Below, piece after piece: positions 1 to 10,699 of a stretch of DNA of 64,000 nt. The first letter of the stretch is position 1. Each line of letters opens with the position of its first letter. This stretch comes from Candidatus Latescibacterota bacterium (GTDB lineage: Bacteria > Latescibacterota > CBDEFO01), in contig OZ252149.1 in the NCBI GenBank assembly GCA_965248755.1, forward strand, positions 512,001-576,000. The letters run 5' to 3'. The position numbers and the translations under genes are program-made. The notes under the pieces were generated by a model. That model did not search any database, was not told where the DNA came from, and saw only the letters and a program-made list of their open reading frames with translations.

Positions 1-527
1 TCGACAAAATTTCTTATGTCTTCGACTATAGAGTTCGATTCCTCCGACTGGAGATAGCATTTATCCAGATTAAAGACCAAGTCGTACCTTCCCTGGACGT
101 GCAGTCCTAAAACAAGTCGGTTCTCCTTGTCTGACCCAAACGAGAATTCCATCTTATTGCGGTAGAAAAATATATTCTTGCTTCCTATAGGCTCGGCCAC
201 ATCCAACCCATCGAAACCTGCTCTCTTCAGGGCGTTTTTCACTATCCTGCTTTTGAGCTTTAACTGCTCCTGGTATTCAATATCCTGCCACTTACATCCG
301 CCGCATTGATGGAAATGTCCGCATCTGGGTTCTATACGGGGGATGCCCTCCTTCAATATAGTTACAGTCTCAGCCTCTACAAAGCCCTTTCTTCTCCTTT
401 TGATTTTAGCTCTTACCACGTCCCCCGGCAGAGCCCCTTTCACCCTGAAGATCTGCGAATCTATAATTCCTATTCCATCACCCTTTGTAGATATATCCTC
501 GATTGTTAGTTCTACCAATCTTTCCAT
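1..527 (-). CDS. rlmD: 23S rRNA (uracil-C5)-methyltransferase RlmD/TrmA family, N-terminal part (runs off window edge)
   Basis: Manual translation from ATG at 527: MERLVELTIEDISTKGDG (TRAM domain), PRCGHFHQCGGCKWQDIEYQEQL (Fe-S motif), YRNKMEFSF. Not in the ORF track. Confidence 0.85.
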   Translation of the reverse strand, partial: MERLVELTIEDISTKGDGIGIIDSQIFRVKGALPGDVVRAKIKRRRKGFVEAETVTILKEGIPRIEPRCGHFHQCGGCKWQDIEYQEQLKLKSRIVKNALKRAGFDGLDVAEPIGSKNIFFYRNKMEFSFGSDKENRLVLGLHVQGRYDLVFNLDKCYLQSEESNSIVEDIRNFV

Positions 528-633
528 ATGGCATCAAATGTAGAAGGGCAACTCGAACGATGTCCGCTTTGCCCTTCTTTGCTAAGTTTAGAGGTTTTTT
601 GCCCTTAGGATATTTTCTCCTTGAAGAACTGAG

Positions 634-1320
634 CTAATCTTTGTCAGAAGAATTATCGGAATCGTCTAGGGTAGTGGACCTTTCACTCCCAGCAGATTCT
701 CTTCCGCTCGAAACGGATGCTCTATTTTGCTTTTTCTTCTCCTCGGCTTCAACTGGAGCTTTTTCCTTGCTTTCATCTACTTTCTCTATTTCATCGGTTT
801 CCTGTTCTTTGGTTTCCTCTGGGACAGAGGCCACTTTACTCTCCTTTTCTTCCCCCTCTACCGCCTCGACATCCCCTTTTTCCGTCTCCTTTTTAACCTG
901 TTTGACTGTTTCAACTTCCTCCACTGCTTTGGTTTTCTGGACTGCCTCCTCTCCATCTCCCACCTTGCTCTCTACGAACTCTATTATTGAGAGCTTTGCC
1001 CCATCCCCCTTGCGCTGACCTAATTTGACAATCCTGAGATACCCTCCGTTTCGATCGTCAAATCTTGTGGCTATGTCATCGAACAGTTTTGCCACCAAAG
1101 ATTTGTCCTTGATGACCTTTAGAACTTGTCTTCTGGCGTGCAGATCACCTCTTTTTGCCAAGGTTATCAATCGCTCCACAACCGGCCTTAGTTCCTTTGC
1201 TTTGGCGTCCGTAGTCCTTATTGACTCTTTGTTCACCAAAGACGTGGCCGTATTTGATAACATAGCCTTCTTATGACTGGCGGTCCTATTCAGTCTATTT
1301 CCTTTATTGCGATGTCTCAT
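634..1320 (-). CDS. rplQ: 50S ribosomal protein L17 with long acidic C-terminal tail
   Basis: [16 protein letters not shown]...[19 protein letters not shown]; follows rpoA. Confidence 0.97.
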   Translation of the reverse strand: MRHRNKGNRLNRTASHKKAMLSNTATSLVNKESIRTTDAKAKELRPVVERLITLAKRGDLHARRQVLKVIKDKSLVAKLFDDIATRFDDRNGGYLRIVKLGQRKGDGAKLSIIEFVESKVGDGEEAVQKTKAVEEVETVKQVKKETEKGDVEAVEGEEKESKVASVPEETKEQETDEIEKVDESKEKAPVEAEEKKKQNRASVSSGRESAGSERSTTLDDSDNSSDKD

Positions 1321-1348
1321 CTATAGTTTACCAAGTCTGTATATCGTG

Positions 1349-2341
1349 TTAATCTGCCTTGTCTGTTGACTCCAGTTGGTACTTGGACACATCCATGCCG
1401 AGGCTCAGACTCAACTCGTCCAGAGTGGAGGCCAGCTCGTTGAGAGATTTCCTGCCGAAGTTCCTGTATTTGAGCATGTCCTGTTCTGACTTGTGGACCA
1501 GATCCCCTAAAGTCTCTATCCCCGCAGCTCTCAGACAGTTAGCCGACCGAACCGAAAGTTCCAGTTCATCTACAGACATCCGCAAAAGATTCCGTATCTT
1601 TTCATCCTCTTCGTCTATTTCTTCCTCTTCTATCTCCTCCGGTTCCTCCTCAAAATTGATGAACAGTTCCAGATGATCTTTCAATATCTTGGCCGCGAAC
1701 GCTAAAGCGTCGTCCGGCTGCATGGTTCCATTCGTCCAGATCTCCAAGATCAGCTTATCGTAATCTGTCCTTTGGCCTACCCTTGCATTTTCCACATGGT
1801 AGTTGACCTTCTGTATCGGGGAGAAGAGAGAGTCCACGGTTATAGTTCCTACGGGATCATCTTCAATTTTGTTCTCCTCTGCAAAGACGTACCCTCTACC
1901 GCTTCCTATCACGATCTCCGCCTCGAAGTAAGCGTCCTTCCCCAACGTTGCTATATGAAGGTCGGGATTTAATATCTCTACTTCGGGATCTACCTGAAGA
2001 TCTACGGCTTTAAGATCGGCCGGACCGCCCTTTTCGACTATTATCGCCTTATCCTCGTCTGAGTGTAGCTTAACGTTTACCTGTTTCAGGTTCAATATGA
2101 TCTCAGGTACATCTTCAACGATGTTCTGCATAACGGAGAATTCGTGTTGAACACTATCTAATCTCACGGACTTGATTGCGGCTCCCTGGATCGATGAAAG
2201 AAGAGTGCGCCTAAGGGCGTTTCCCAGAGTAATTCCGAATCCTCTTTCGAGCGGCTGAACCACGAACTTGCCGTAATTATTGGAAAAATCGGACTCATCA
2301 AACTCAACTGCCTTGGGCATCTGAATACTTTTCAATTTCAT
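1349..2341 (-). CDS. rpoA: RNA polymerase subunit alpha
   Basis: PLERGFGITLGNALRR, RVGQRTDYDKL, LELSVRSANCL, NFGRKSL. Confidence 0.99.
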   Translation of the reverse strand: MKLKSIQMPKAVEFDESDFSNNYGKFVVQPLERGFGITLGNALRRTLLSSIQGAAIKSVRLDSVQHEFSVMQNIVEDVPEIILNLKQVNVKLHSDEDKAIIVEKGGPADLKAVDLQVDPEVEILNPDLHIATLGKDAYFEAEIVIGSGRGYVFAEENKIEDDPVGTITVDSLFSPIQKVNYHVENARVGQRTDYDKLILEIWTNGTMQPDDALAFAAKILKDHLELFINFEEEPEEIEEEEIDEEDEKIRNLLRMSVDELELSVRSANCLRAAGIETLGDLVHKSEQDMLKYRNFGRKSLNELASTLDELSLSLGMDVSKYQLESTDKAD

Positions 2342-2507
2342 ACGGATCTATCTCCCGGAAATTCAGTACCTCTATCTAGCATCGATCTTTGTGCAAAAAC
2401 GCTGTATCCACTCAAGCTTTGTAGTTTGGTTCTGCAGCTTTTCGCGCCTCCGTGGTCGATGTGGTAAGATTCTGTTACATCTATGATATTAACCCGATCA
2501 AAGATCG

Positions 2508-3137
2508 CTACCTTGAATAGAACTCCACAATCAGCTGTTCTTCGGCCGGAGTTGGGATGTCCTCCCTGGTGGGTATCGCAAGCAAAGTGCCTGTCAGATT
2601 CGCCTTATCTACAGAAAACCATGAAAGTTCCTGTTCCGGAACCATCCTACTCAAAGAGGCATGGATCATATCCATCTGTCTGCTTTTCTGTTGTACCTTG
2701 ATCGTATCCTCTACACAGACCAGATAAGATGGAATGTCAACCAACTTGTCGTTTACCAGAATATGCCTGTGTCTCACTAATTGCCTAGCAGCCTTCCGGG
2801 AAGGCGCGAATCCAACTCTATAGACGATGTTATCCAGACGTCTCTCAAGCAGTCTCAACAGATTCTCTCCCGACTCTCCCTTCTGTCTGGACGCCTTTTG
2901 GAAATACTTCTTGAATTGCTTCTCCAATATCCCGTAGGTTCTTTTGACCTTCTGCTTTTCCCTCAGTCTGATTCCGTATTCGGAAAGTTTTCTCCCGTGA
3001 CGTTGACCATGCTGGCCCGGACTGTAGGCTCTCTTTTGGATAGCGCACTTGTCCGAGAAACATCGCTCTCCCTTCAAGAAGAGCTTGGTTCCCTCACGTC
3101 TGCACAACCTGCAGTTGGCATCAGTGTATCTTGCCAT
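2508..3137 (-). CDS. rpsD: 30S ribosomal protein S4 (Zn-binding type)
   Basis: [31 protein letters not shown]. Confidence 0.99.
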   Translation of the reverse strand: MARYTDANCRLCRREGTKLFLKGERCFSDKCAIQKRAYSPGQHGQRHGRKLSEYGIRLREKQKVKRTYGILEKQFKKYFQKASRQKGESGENLLRLLERRLDNIVYRVGFAPSRKAARQLVRHRHILVNDKLVDIPSYLVCVEDTIKVQQKSRQMDMIHASLSRMVPEQELSWFSVDKANLTGTLLAIPTREDIPTPAEEQLIVEFYSR

Positions 3138-3154
3138 TTAAGATCCCCTAATTA

Positions 3155-3289
3155 AGTAGACAGCATACAGGAACTACCCCGCCCTGACTACCTACTGCGC
3201 GAATACACGGGTTCGCCCCTACTGTCTTTTGGTGGGCGGGTGAATGTGCCCCCTGTCTACTGTCTACTGTCTACTGTTTGCTGTCTACT
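3155..3289. repeat. Heptamer-armed inverted-repeat element (AGTAGAC/CTGTCTA units) with a nested REP-like half
   Basis: agtagacagcatacagg ... cccctgtctactgtctactgtctactg; related copies near 12770, 17750, 21045, 30520, 36950, 41615, 43152, 46290, 62415. Confidence 0.75.
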
Positions 3290-3293
3290 CATT

Positions 3294-3680
3294 CTACACC
3301 CTCCGTCTTTTGGGGGGACGACATCCGTTATGAGGAATAGGTGTTACGTCCCTTATTGCTGTGATTTCAAGGCCGGCGGTCTGAAGCGCTCTAACTGCCG
3401 ATTCTCTGCCTACACCTGGACCCTTCACCCAGACCTCTACTCTCCTTAAGCCTAAGGCCATAGCTTCCTTAGCAGAAGCATCCGCTGCCAGTGAAGCTGC
3501 GTAAGGTGTGCTCTTCCTTGAGCCCTTAAAGCCCACCTTACCGGTGGATGCCCACGCTATCACATGGCCGTCCCGGTCTGTTAGAGTGACTATGGTATTG
3601 TTAAAGGTCGCCTTTATGTGAGCGATCCCATCGGCATCCACCTTCTTGGCTTTCTTTGATCTCCTCTCAGGCGGTGACAA
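3294..3680 (-). CDS. rpsK: 30S ribosomal protein S11
   Basis: [40 protein letters not shown]. Confidence 0.99.
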   Translation of the reverse strand: MSPPERRSKKAKKVDADGIAHIKATFNNTIVTLTDRDGHVIAWASTGKVGFKGSRKSTPYAASLAADASAKEAMALGLRRVEVWVKGPGVGRESAVRALQTAGLEITAIRDVTPIPHNGCRPPKRRRV

Positions 3681-3692
3681 ATCGCATTCTCC

Positions 3693-4061
3693 TCATCTTT
3701 TCCCCTTTATAATCGGGCGTCTTGGACCCTTGCGCGTCCTGGCATTTGTATGTGTCCTTTGACCTCTGGCCGGCAATCCCCTGCGGTGCCGCAAACCCCG
3801 ATAGGTACCGATGTCCATAAGCCTCTTTACATCCATGTCCACATCGGCCCGCAGGCTCCCTTCGACCTTATAATTGGACTCAATAGCCGTCCTGAGCTTA
3901 TTAATCTCCTCCTCCGTAAGGTTTACGATTCGGGTATCTGGATTTAGACCTGCCTGGCCTAAAATCTTATTGGAACTGGATCTGCCTATACCGTATATAT
4001 AGGTCAAAGCTATCTCCACCCTCTTATCCCTGGGCAAATCAACACCCGCGATCCTTGCCAA
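3693..4061 (-). CDS. rpsM: 30S ribosomal protein S13
   Basis: [34 protein letters not shown]. Confidence 0.99.
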   Translation of the reverse strand: MARIAGVDLPRDKRVEIALTYIYGIGRSSSNKILGQAGLNPDTRIVNLTEEEINKLRTAIESNYKVEGSLRADVDMDVKRLMDIGTYRGLRHRRGLPARGQRTHTNARTRKGPRRPIIKGKR

Positions 4062-4217
4062 GATGAATCCCCTCCTTAAAGTTGAAGTTCAACCTGCTTA
4101 ACAACCCGCTGCAAAGTTGCCAATCGCTCTATAACCTGGCGGGCTATTCAGTTTCCGCAAAAGCGTCTCTACGCCTACGCTTCGACAGGTTCAATGTGGT
4201 GTTTAAACAACACTCAC

Positions 4218-4367
4218 TTACTTCTTTCTCTGCGCAGAGCTGAATGACCCTGGGCCCTGTCTCTGCTTATGCCTTGGATTGGCGCTGCATATAACCCTTA
4301 AGACACCTTTCCTTTTTATTATTTTGCAGGAGGTACATCTCCTCCTTATAGACGCCTTAACCTTCAT
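4218..4367 (-). CDS. rpmJ: 50S ribosomal protein L36 (Zn type, 49 aa with C-terminal extension)
   Basis: Manual translation: [49 protein letters not shown]; lies between infA and rpsM. Confidence 0.95.
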   Translation of the reverse strand: MKVKASIRRRCTSCKIIKRKGVLRVICSANPRHKQRQGPGSFSSAQRKK

Positions 4368-4387
4368 AGATTTTTATCTTTCCTATA

Positions 4388-4518
4388 GGACCCCAAAGAG
4401 GCAGCATACGCGCTGCGTGAATTCCTCCATTCGTCCTTGCAAGGAGCACGAAGTACCAGCAACATTGTCAACAGCCCACGAAATGGAGAAGTGGTCGGAG
4501 AACTTTTTCGGGAAAACT
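4388..4518. repeat. ~130-bp dispersed element with imperfect terminal inverted repeats (copy A)
   Basis: ggaccccaaagag...ctgcgtg...gcacgaagta...gaactttttcgggaaaact; shares these blocks with 8991-9117. Confidence 0.55.
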
Positions 4519-4529
4519 TGTCATAGACG

Positions 4530-4748
4530 TCACTTGTAGCGATACACAATCCTGCCTCTCTCCAGGTCGTAAGGAGACAGTTCTACAGTCACCTTGTCCC
4601 CTGGAAGGACACGGATAAACCTTATTTTCATCTTCCCGGATGTGTATGCCAGGACGGTGTGTCCATTTTCTAACTCCACCTTGAACATATCGTTTGGGAG
4701 CGCCTCCATAGCTGTTCCTTCAACCTTGATTGCCTCTTCCTTTGGCAT
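4530..4748 (-). CDS. infA: Translation initiation factor IF-1
   Basis: [43 protein letters not shown]. Confidence 0.98.
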   Translation of the reverse strand: MPKEEAIKVEGTAMEALPNDMFKVELENGHTVLAYTSGKMKIRFIRVLPGDKVTVELSPYDLERGRIVYRYK

Positions 4749-4762
4749 CAAAAACGCCTCCG

Positions 4763-5404
4763 TTATCGAACAGAAAGACTCTTTAAGATCCTATCGTGAA
4801 CCTGTTCTACAGTGCCTTCACCATCAATGTCCAGAAGATTTCCCCTGTCTCTGTAGAACACATTTAAAGGCTCGGTTTTCTCGTGATATACCTTCAGTCT
4901 GGTTACCACTGCTTCTTTTGTGTCATCCGTTCTGGACGTCACCTTTCCCCCGCATAGATCGCATACATCTGCAGATTTAGGATCTTTGAAGGTGTATTCT
5001 TGGCGGCAGACCTCGCACTGCCTGCGACAGGCAAGTCTCTCTACCAGTATGTCCTCAGCGACAGAGATATTGAGAACTAACTCTATTTTCGACCCCAAAT
5101 CATTTAAGATACGCTCCAGGCCCTGGGCTTGATTGATGGTTCTGGGGAAGCCATCTAACACAAATCCATCCTTACAGTCAGCGTTCAGGAGCCTTTCTCT
5201 TACAATATCTAGCATAACATCGTCGGGGACCAGTTCCCCTTTATCTGCGTAAAAACGTGCTTTAAGACCCAATATTGTCCCTATTCTGGCAGCTTCCCTT
5301 AGAATATCTCCTGTGGATATCTGGGGTATACCCAGAACCTTGCACACTTTCTTAGCCTGAGTTCCCTTTCCGGAGCCAGGCGGTCCCAACAGAACAAGAA
5401 TCAA
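4763..5404 (-). CDS. adk: Adenylate kinase (Zn-LID type)
   Basis: [26 protein letters not shown], CxxC...CxxC LID. Confidence 0.98.
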   Translation of the reverse strand: MILVLLGPPGSGKGTQAKKVCKVLGIPQISTGDILREAARIGTILGLKARFYADKGELVPDDVMLDIVRERLLNADCKDGFVLDGFPRTINQAQGLERILNDLGSKIELVLNISVAEDILVERLACRRQCEVCRQEYTFKDPKSADVCDLCGGKVTSRTDDTKEAVVTRLKVYHEKTEPLNVFYRDRGNLLDIDGEGTVEQVHDRILKSLSVR

Positions 5405-5407
5405 ACC

Positions 5408-6715
5408 CTATCTCCTGCCCTTCAGTCTGCCCTTTTTCATAAAGCCGTCGTAGTGGCGCATAAGCAGATGAGATTCCACCTGCTGAAGGGTGTCCAGCGC
5501 CACTCCCACTATGATCAAAAGACCCGTACCGCCGAAAAACTGTGCAAATTTTTGGGCGACATTCATAGACTTTGTTACAAAGAATGGGAAAATGGCTATA
5601 GCGGCTAAAAAGAGCGCCCCTGGTAGCGTAATCCTCGTTAAAATTTGGTCTATGTACTCGGCTGTCCTCTTGCCGGGTCTTATGCCCGGAATAAAACCGC
5701 TCCGGCTTTTCAGGTTGTCCGCCGTATCCACAGGATTAAAAACGATAGCGGCGTAAAAATAGGTGAAAAAGACTATCATCAGTCCGTAGACGAACCAGTA
5801 GAAGGGCGAATCAGTCTCAAAAAAGGTCATCAGCCAGCTTATAAATTCGTTTCCCTGGAAGAAGGTTCCGACAGTAGAAGGCAAGAACATAATAGCCTGG
5901 GCAAAGATTATGGGTATTACCCCGGCTACATTTATCTTCATAGGAAGATGCGTGCTCTGTCCGCCATATATTCTTCTCCCCACGATCTTCTTGGCGAACT
6001 GGATCGGGATTCTCCTTTGACCCTGGGTCAGCAGCACCACCATAGCAACTACGCCTACCAACAAAGCGCAAAGAAGTAGCTCAGGGATAATGCCCTTATC
6101 GTTTATTCGGAAATAGTTGAATTCCTCCTTCAGCGCATAGGGAAAATCTGCCACGATACCTATGAATATGATCAGAGATATGCCGTTTCCTATGCCTCTT
6201 TCTGTGATCTGCTCTCCCAACCACATGATAAGTACGGTCCCTGCCGTGATAGTCAACATCGTCAAAAGCGTAAACACGGGACCCGAATGCGGTACTACCC
6301 GTCCTTCTCCAATATTCTGCCAGTAGACAGCCAGTCCCAGAGACTGTGCCGCCGCCAACAACACTGTGCCATATCTGCTGTACTGATTTATCTTATTTTG
6401 TCCCTCTCTTCCCTCCTTTTGAAGCCTCTGGAAATAGGGCATCACGGATCCCAAAAGTTGCAATATAATCTGAGCGCTGATATAGGGCATTATCCCAAGG
6501 GCAAATATAGTCGCCTTGGAGAAATTTCCCCCTGCGAACATGTCGTAAAGCCCGAATATCCCCGACGTTGGCGCAAACTCCAAAAGAGCACCAGAATCGA
6601 TCCCCGGAATTATCACTAATCCCCCGGACCTATATATTACCAGTATAGATAGGGTAAACAGGATCCTCTTTCTCAACTCTGGGATTTTGAAGCTATTTTG
6701 AAAGCTCTTCAGCAA
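5408..6715 (-). CDS. secY: Preprotein translocase SecY
   Basis: IFALGIMPYISAQII, GIGNGISLII, FIPGIRPG, GGTGLLIIVGVALDT. Confidence 0.99.
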   Translation of the reverse strand: MLKSFQNSFKIPELRKRILFTLSILVIYRSGGLVIIPGIDSGALLEFAPTSGIFGLYDMFAGGNFSKATIFALGIMPYISAQIILQLLGSVMPYFQRLQKEGREGQNKINQYSRYGTVLLAAAQSLGLAVYWQNIGEGRVVPHSGPVFTLLTMLTITAGTVLIMWLGEQITERGIGNGISLIIFIGIVADFPYALKEEFNYFRINDKGIIPELLLCALLVGVVAMVVLLTQGQRRIPIQFAKKIVGRRIYGGQSTHLPMKINVAGVIPIIFAQAIMFLPSTVGTFFQGNEFISWLMTFFETDSPFYWFVYGLMIVFFTYFYAAIVFNPVDTADNLKSRSGFIPGIRPGKRTAEYIDQILTRITLPGALFLAAIAIFPFFVTKSMNVAQKFAQFFGGTGLLIIVGVALDTLQQVESHLLMRHYDGFMKKGRLKGRR

Positions 6716-7150
6716 CTATATCACCTCAATGCTTCCGCCAGCTTGGGTTATCTTCTTCTGAGCTGACTCTGAAAAGGCATTGGCTTTGACGTTTAAGGCC
6801 TTATCTATCTTTCCGTCTCCCAGTATCTTGACGGGTTTGTTGAGACTGCGTATCAACCCTGCCATCTTCATAGTCTGGGGAGTAACGTCCCCGTCCAGGC
6901 GCGACATATCCTGCACGTTGACTATCTGAAAAACCACCTTAAATCTGTTGTTAAAGCCCCTCTTGGGCAGTCGCCTTTGAAGTGGCATCTGGCCGCCTTC
7001 AAACCAATTTCTTGATTTGGATCCAGACCGGGATTTTTGGCCTTTTTCACCTCTTCCAGCAGTTTTTCCGTGACCCGACCCTACTCCCCTTCCGACCCTT
7101 TTTCTATTCTTGACTGCACCTTTGGGTGGCTTCAGACTGTCCAATTTCAT
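6716..7150 (-). CDS. rplO: 50S ribosomal protein L15
   Basis: RVGRGVGSGHGKTAGRG.KGQKSRSG, FEGGQMPL. Confidence 0.99.
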   Translation of the reverse strand: MKLDSLKPPKGAVKNRKRVGRGVGSGHGKTAGRGEKGQKSRSGSKSRNWFEGGQMPLQRRLPKRGFNNRFKVVFQIVNVQDMSRLDGDVTPQTMKMAGLIRSLNKPVKILGDGKIDKALNVKANAFSESAQKKITQAGGSIEVI

Positions 7151-7158
7151 TTTTGGCT

Positions 7159-7341
7159 TTACCCTTTGACTTCTAGGACTTCGACTAGATGGGACACCTT
7201 ACTTATCATTCCCCTTATCTGGGGAGTATCTTCTTTCAGTACCGTTCCCCTCAACTTCTTTATCCCCAGAGCCCGCATCGTTCGCTTTTGGGTCTGATTC
7301 CTTCCGATTGTGCTTCTTTTCTGTGTTATTCTTAATTTCAA
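7159..7341 (-). CDS. rpmD: 50S ribosomal protein L30
   Basis: [12 protein letters not shown]...[15 protein letters not shown]. Confidence 0.96.
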   Translation of the reverse strand: MKLRITQKRSTIGRNQTQKRTMRALGIKKLRGTVLKEDTPQIRGMISKVSHLVEVLEVKG

Positions 7342-7353
7342 GGGCTACGTTCC

Positions 7354-7869
7354 TTATGCTCTATGATGCAATGTACTCAGGTCAATGTCGCGCTCAAGGG
7401 CAACGCTTTCCGGGTCTCTTAGCACCTTCAATGCCTCCATAGTCGCTTTGGCTGCGTTGTGCGGATTCTTCGACCCCAAAGATTTGCTCAGCACGTTTTG
7501 AATCCCTGCAGCTTCCAGGACAGCTCTTATTGATCCTCCTGCTATCACGCCCGTACCTGGGGAAGCTGGCTTCAAAAACACCTTTCCGGCTCCGAACTTC
7601 CCAACGATCCAGTGTGGAATAGTACCGTTCACCAGGGGTATGATGTACATATTCTTCTTTGCCGTCTCTGTACCTTTTCTGATCGCCTCTGAAACCTCAC
7701 CTGCTTTTCCCAATCCCAGGCCTATGTGTCCGTTCTTATCCCCTACGACAATTAAAGTGTTGAAGCAGAACCTGCGTCCCCCTTTCCTTACGTGAGCCAC
7801 CCTATGGATAGGAGGAACTACAGCCTCAACCAATTCTCCCAAATCATCTGATTTTACGCGACGCGCCAA
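7354..7869 (-). CDS. rpsE: 30S ribosomal protein S5
   Basis: [28 protein letters not shown]. Confidence 0.98.
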   Translation of the reverse strand: MARRVKSDDLGELVEAVVPPIHRVAHVRKGGRRFCFNTLIVVGDKNGHIGLGLGKAGEVSEAIRKGTETAKKNMYIIPLVNGTIPHWIVGKFGAGKVFLKPASPGTGVIAGGSIRAVLEAAGIQNVLSKSLGSKNPHNAAKATMEALKVLRDPESVALERDIDLSTLHHRA

Positions 7870-8001
7870 AACTATTCTCCTTTAGAAGAAAATGAAGTGT
7901 TGGGTCAAGATAGTATGGACAAGATTATACACGCCAGAAAGGGAGAAGGCGTCCTGCTCACTGTCTGACTAGAAAGAATATCTGTTCTAGCGTCTACCTC
8001 T

Positions 8002-8376
8002 TTAGAACTCCAAACCGCCTTCCTTTGCACCTTCTGCCAACTCCTTGACCCTGCCGTGATACAGATATCCACCCCTGTCAAACACAACTTGGGTGATGTT
8101 TTGTTCTTGGGCCTTTTCGGCCAGAAGTCTTCCTACTTCTTTACTTATTCCACATTTTCCGTTCTCTATTTTATTCATATTCCTGATCTGGGCACACAGG
8201 CTCGACACTCCCAAAATCGATCTTCCTTTTGTATCATCTATTAACTGAGCCTGGATATTCTTCAGGCTCCTGCTGACTGAGAGCCTCGGCCTTTCAGTTG
8301 TCCCGGAAACCTTCCTTCTGATGCGCTTGTGCCTCTTTAGCCTTCCTAGCATCCTTTTGATATTCTTATCCTTCAA
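8002..8376 (-). CDS. rplR: 50S ribosomal protein L18
   Basis: [24 protein letters not shown]. Confidence 0.98.
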   Translation of the reverse strand: MKDKNIKRMLGRLKRHKRIRRKVSGTTERPRLSVSRSLKNIQAQLIDDTKGRSILGVSSLCAQIRNMNKIENGKCGISKEVGRLLAEKAQEQNITQVVFDRGGYLYHGRVKELAEGAKEGGLEF

Positions 8377-8387
8377 TCCTATCTCCT

Positions 8388-8972
8388 TTATATTGCAGTC
8401 TTGCCAGCTTTCCGTCGTACGAACTCACCGTCGTACCTGATTCCCTTCCCTTTGTACGGCTCAGGTGGTCTCAAGAATCGGATATTCGCTGCCGTTTGAC
8501 CTACTACCTCTTTGTCTATACCACGGACGGTGATAATTGTGACTGTGCCCTCCACCTCACCGCCCACTATATTCAGCTGACTGGGACTTGCTGTTTGGAC
8601 CTCAAATTCGATGTCGTCAGGGGCGGGAACTGTGACCGGGTGGGAAAACCCTAATAGGAGCCTCAAGTTTTTTTCCTCTACATCGGCTCTATATCCTATT
8701 CCTATCACATGGAGTTTCCTTTCAAATCCCTGAGTGACCCCAAAGACAGCGTTTGCCACCAAGGAGCGAGTCAGTCCCTGGAGCGCCTTCCCTTCTCTAT
8801 CGTCAGAACGAGGGTAAACCTCGACTCGACCGTCCTTAAGCTTAAGCTCCACTTTGCTGTTCAACTTTACGGTCAACTCACCCTTTGGTCCCCTGACCAT
8901 AGCCCGATCTTTATCTACGTTTAAACTCACTCCCTGGGGAATATCGACAGGTTTTTTGCCTATCCGCGACAC
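8388..8972 (-). CDS. rplF: 50S ribosomal protein L6 (start revised to GTG at 8972)
   Basis: [33 protein letters not shown]. Confidence 0.97.
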   Translation of the reverse strand: MSRIGKKPVDIPQGVSLNVDKDRAMVRGPKGELTVKLNSKVELKLKDGRVEVYPRSDDREGKALQGLTRSLVANAVFGVTQGFERKLHVIGIGYRADVEEKNLRLLLGFSHPVTVPAPDDIEFEVQTASPSQLNIVGGEVEGTVTIITVRGIDKEVVGQTAANIRFLRPPEPYKGKGIRYDGEFVRRKAGKTAI

Positions 8973-8990
8973 TGAAATATCCTTTCTCGG

Positions 8991-9117
8991 GGTCCCCCAA
9001 AAGTCGGCGTGGGCACTGCGTGCATTTCTACTACCCCTTTCCGTGTGTAGTGACGAGTACGCGATGACAAAGCGCGGAGCGCACGAAGTAAGCGAAGAAC
9101 TTTCTGGGGGGAAAACT
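8991..9117. repeat. ~130-bp dispersed element with imperfect terminal inverted repeats (copy B)
   Basis: ggtcccccaaaag...ctgcgtg...gcacgaagta...gaactttctggggggaaaact. Confidence 0.55.
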
Positions 9118-9121
9118 AATA

Positions 9122-9526
9122 TCACCAGACAAAGCAGAGGACCTCCCCCCCCACTTTGGCCAATCTCGCCTCCCTGTCCGTCATCAGACCCTTAGAAGTA
9201 GACAGAATAGCTATTCCCAGTCCGTCTAAGACTCTGGGTATCTCTCTCCTTGTGACGTACTTTCTCAGCCCCGGCTTGCTAATCCTTTCAATTCCTCTTA
9301 TTATGCTTTCGCCCTCGGAGTTGTACCTAAGATATATCCTCAAAACGCCCTGCTTCTTGTCCTCAGCGTAAATGTAATTTTCGATAAACTTATTATCTTT
9401 TAGTGTCCTGGCTATCTCTCTTTTCAGCTTGGACGCAGGCATGTCCACCTTGTTGTATCCAGCTCTCCATGCGTTCCTTATGCGGGTCAACATATCGGCG
9501 ATAGGGTCCGTCATAGACATAGACAT
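9122..9526 (-). CDS. rpsH: 30S ribosomal protein S8
   Basis: TDPIADMLTRIRN, ISKPGLR.Y, GLGIAILSTSKG. Confidence 0.99.
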   Translation of the reverse strand: MSMSMTDPIADMLTRIRNAWRAGYNKVDMPASKLKREIARTLKDNKFIENYIYAEDKKQGVLRIYLRYNSEGESIIRGIERISKPGLRKYVTRREIPRVLDGLGIAILSTSKGLMTDREARLAKVGGEVLCFVW

Positions 9527-9599
9527 CGTCCTCTATTTGAGAAGTTCCGGTTTAAGCTTACCTACAGTGTTGACTATTTCTGCATCTGTCTACATAAAC

Positions 9600-9785
9600 T
9601 TACCAGCTTGCTTTGGTAACTCCAGGGATTTCCCCCTGCAGGGCGAGTTCCCTGAAGCATATGCGGCATATCTTAAACTTCCTCATATAGCCCCTTGGCC
9701 TGCCGCATCTTATGCATCTGTTTCGATGCCGCGTGCTGAACTTGGGCTTTCTTTTTGCTTTGACTATGAAAGCCTTACTTGCCAT
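9600..9785 (-). CDS. rpsN: 30S ribosomal protein S14 (Zn-binding type Z)
   Basis: [10 protein letters not shown]...[21 protein letters not shown]. Confidence 0.98.
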   Translation of the reverse strand: MASKAFIVKAKRKPKFSTRHRNRCIRCGRPRGYMRKFKICRICFRELALQGEIPGVTKASW

Positions 9786-9800
9786 AAGAAACCCTCTATT

Positions 9801-10343
9801 CTAAGCCCTAAAGGGCATTTTGAATTCTTTTAAGAGCGCGAACGCTTCCTCATCGATCCGAGCCGTGGTCACAATAGTAATGTCCATGCCGCGGATCTTA
9901 TCTATCTTATCGTAGTCTATTTCGGGAAAGATGATCTGCTCTAATATTCCTATGGAGTAGTTTCCTCTTCCGTCCAAAGAGCGAGAAGACACACCTCTAA
10001 AGTCCCTTATCCTCGGGATAGTGAAAGTCAAAAGACGGTCCAGGAACTCATACATCCTATCTCCCCTTAAAGTCACTTTACATCCTATGTTCGTGCCTTT
10101 TCTCAGCTTGAAATTGGATACTGACTTTTTGGCTTTCCGTAGAATAGGCTTCTGACCGCTGATGATCGTCATATCTGTCACTGCTTTTTCTAAGGCTTTT
10201 GAATTTCCAATTGCCTCTCCCACGCCCATATTCAAGACAATCTTCTCTATCCGGGGAACTTGCATTCTATTCTTGAAACCGAACCTTTCCATCAGAGCTG
10301 GAACTATCTGATTATCATAGAACTCTTTCAGTCTTACTGACAC
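9801..10343 (-). CDS. rplE: 50S ribosomal protein L5
   Basis: [30 protein letters not shown]. Confidence 0.99.
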   Translation of the reverse strand: MSVRLKEFYDNQIVPALMERFGFKNRMQVPRIEKIVLNMGVGEAIGNSKALEKAVTDMTIISGQKPILRKAKKSVSNFKLRKGTNIGCKVTLRGDRMYEFLDRLLTFTIPRIRDFRGVSSRSLDGRGNYSIGILEQIIFPEIDYDKIDKIRGMDITIVTTARIDEEAFALLKEFKMPFRA

Positions 10344-10360
10344 AGTCTATACCCTCTCCT

Positions 10361-10678
10361 TTAGGCTGAACTGATCATCTCACCACACTTTCTGCATGCC
10401 CTGGCCCTCTTTCCACCGCTCAAAACCGAAACTCTGGGACTTACCCTACTGTCACACTTGGGACACACCAACATCAGATTTGAAACCTGCACAGATGCCT
10501 CTCTTTCCAATATTCCTCCCTGCTGAGTCCCCCTGGCTTTGGTGTGCCGCTTTATAAAGTTTACTCCTTCAACTATAGCTCTTCCTTTTTTGGGAAAGAC
10601 CTTAAGGATAGTTCCTCTTTTACCTATATCTTCCCCTGCTATCACTTCGACCCTGTCGTCTTTTCTGATCTTAATCAC
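10361..10678 (-). CDS. rplX: 50S ribosomal protein L24
   Basis: KOW motif KDDRVEVIAGED.GKRG, VEGVN, GGILEREA. Confidence 0.98.
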   Translation of the reverse strand: MIKIRKDDRVEVIAGEDIGKRGTILKVFPKKGRAIVEGVNFIKRHTKARGTQQGGILEREASVQVSNLMLVCPKCDSRVSPRVSVLSGGKRARACRKCGEMISSA

Positions 10679-10699
10679 CTTTGAAGACCTCCAGAATCC

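Noticed and set aside
542..578. Hairpin AGAAGGGCAA...TTGCCCTTCT after rplQ as a terminator
   Set aside because: Long loop and no U-tract on the transcribed (minus) strand; function not supportable.
4752..4762. Absence of map between adk and infA
   Set aside because: Gene content at this position varies widely among bacteria.
8973..9125. 50-aa N-terminal extension of L6 in the ORF track
   Set aside because: It translates an intergenic repeat; conserved L6 begins at GTG 8972.
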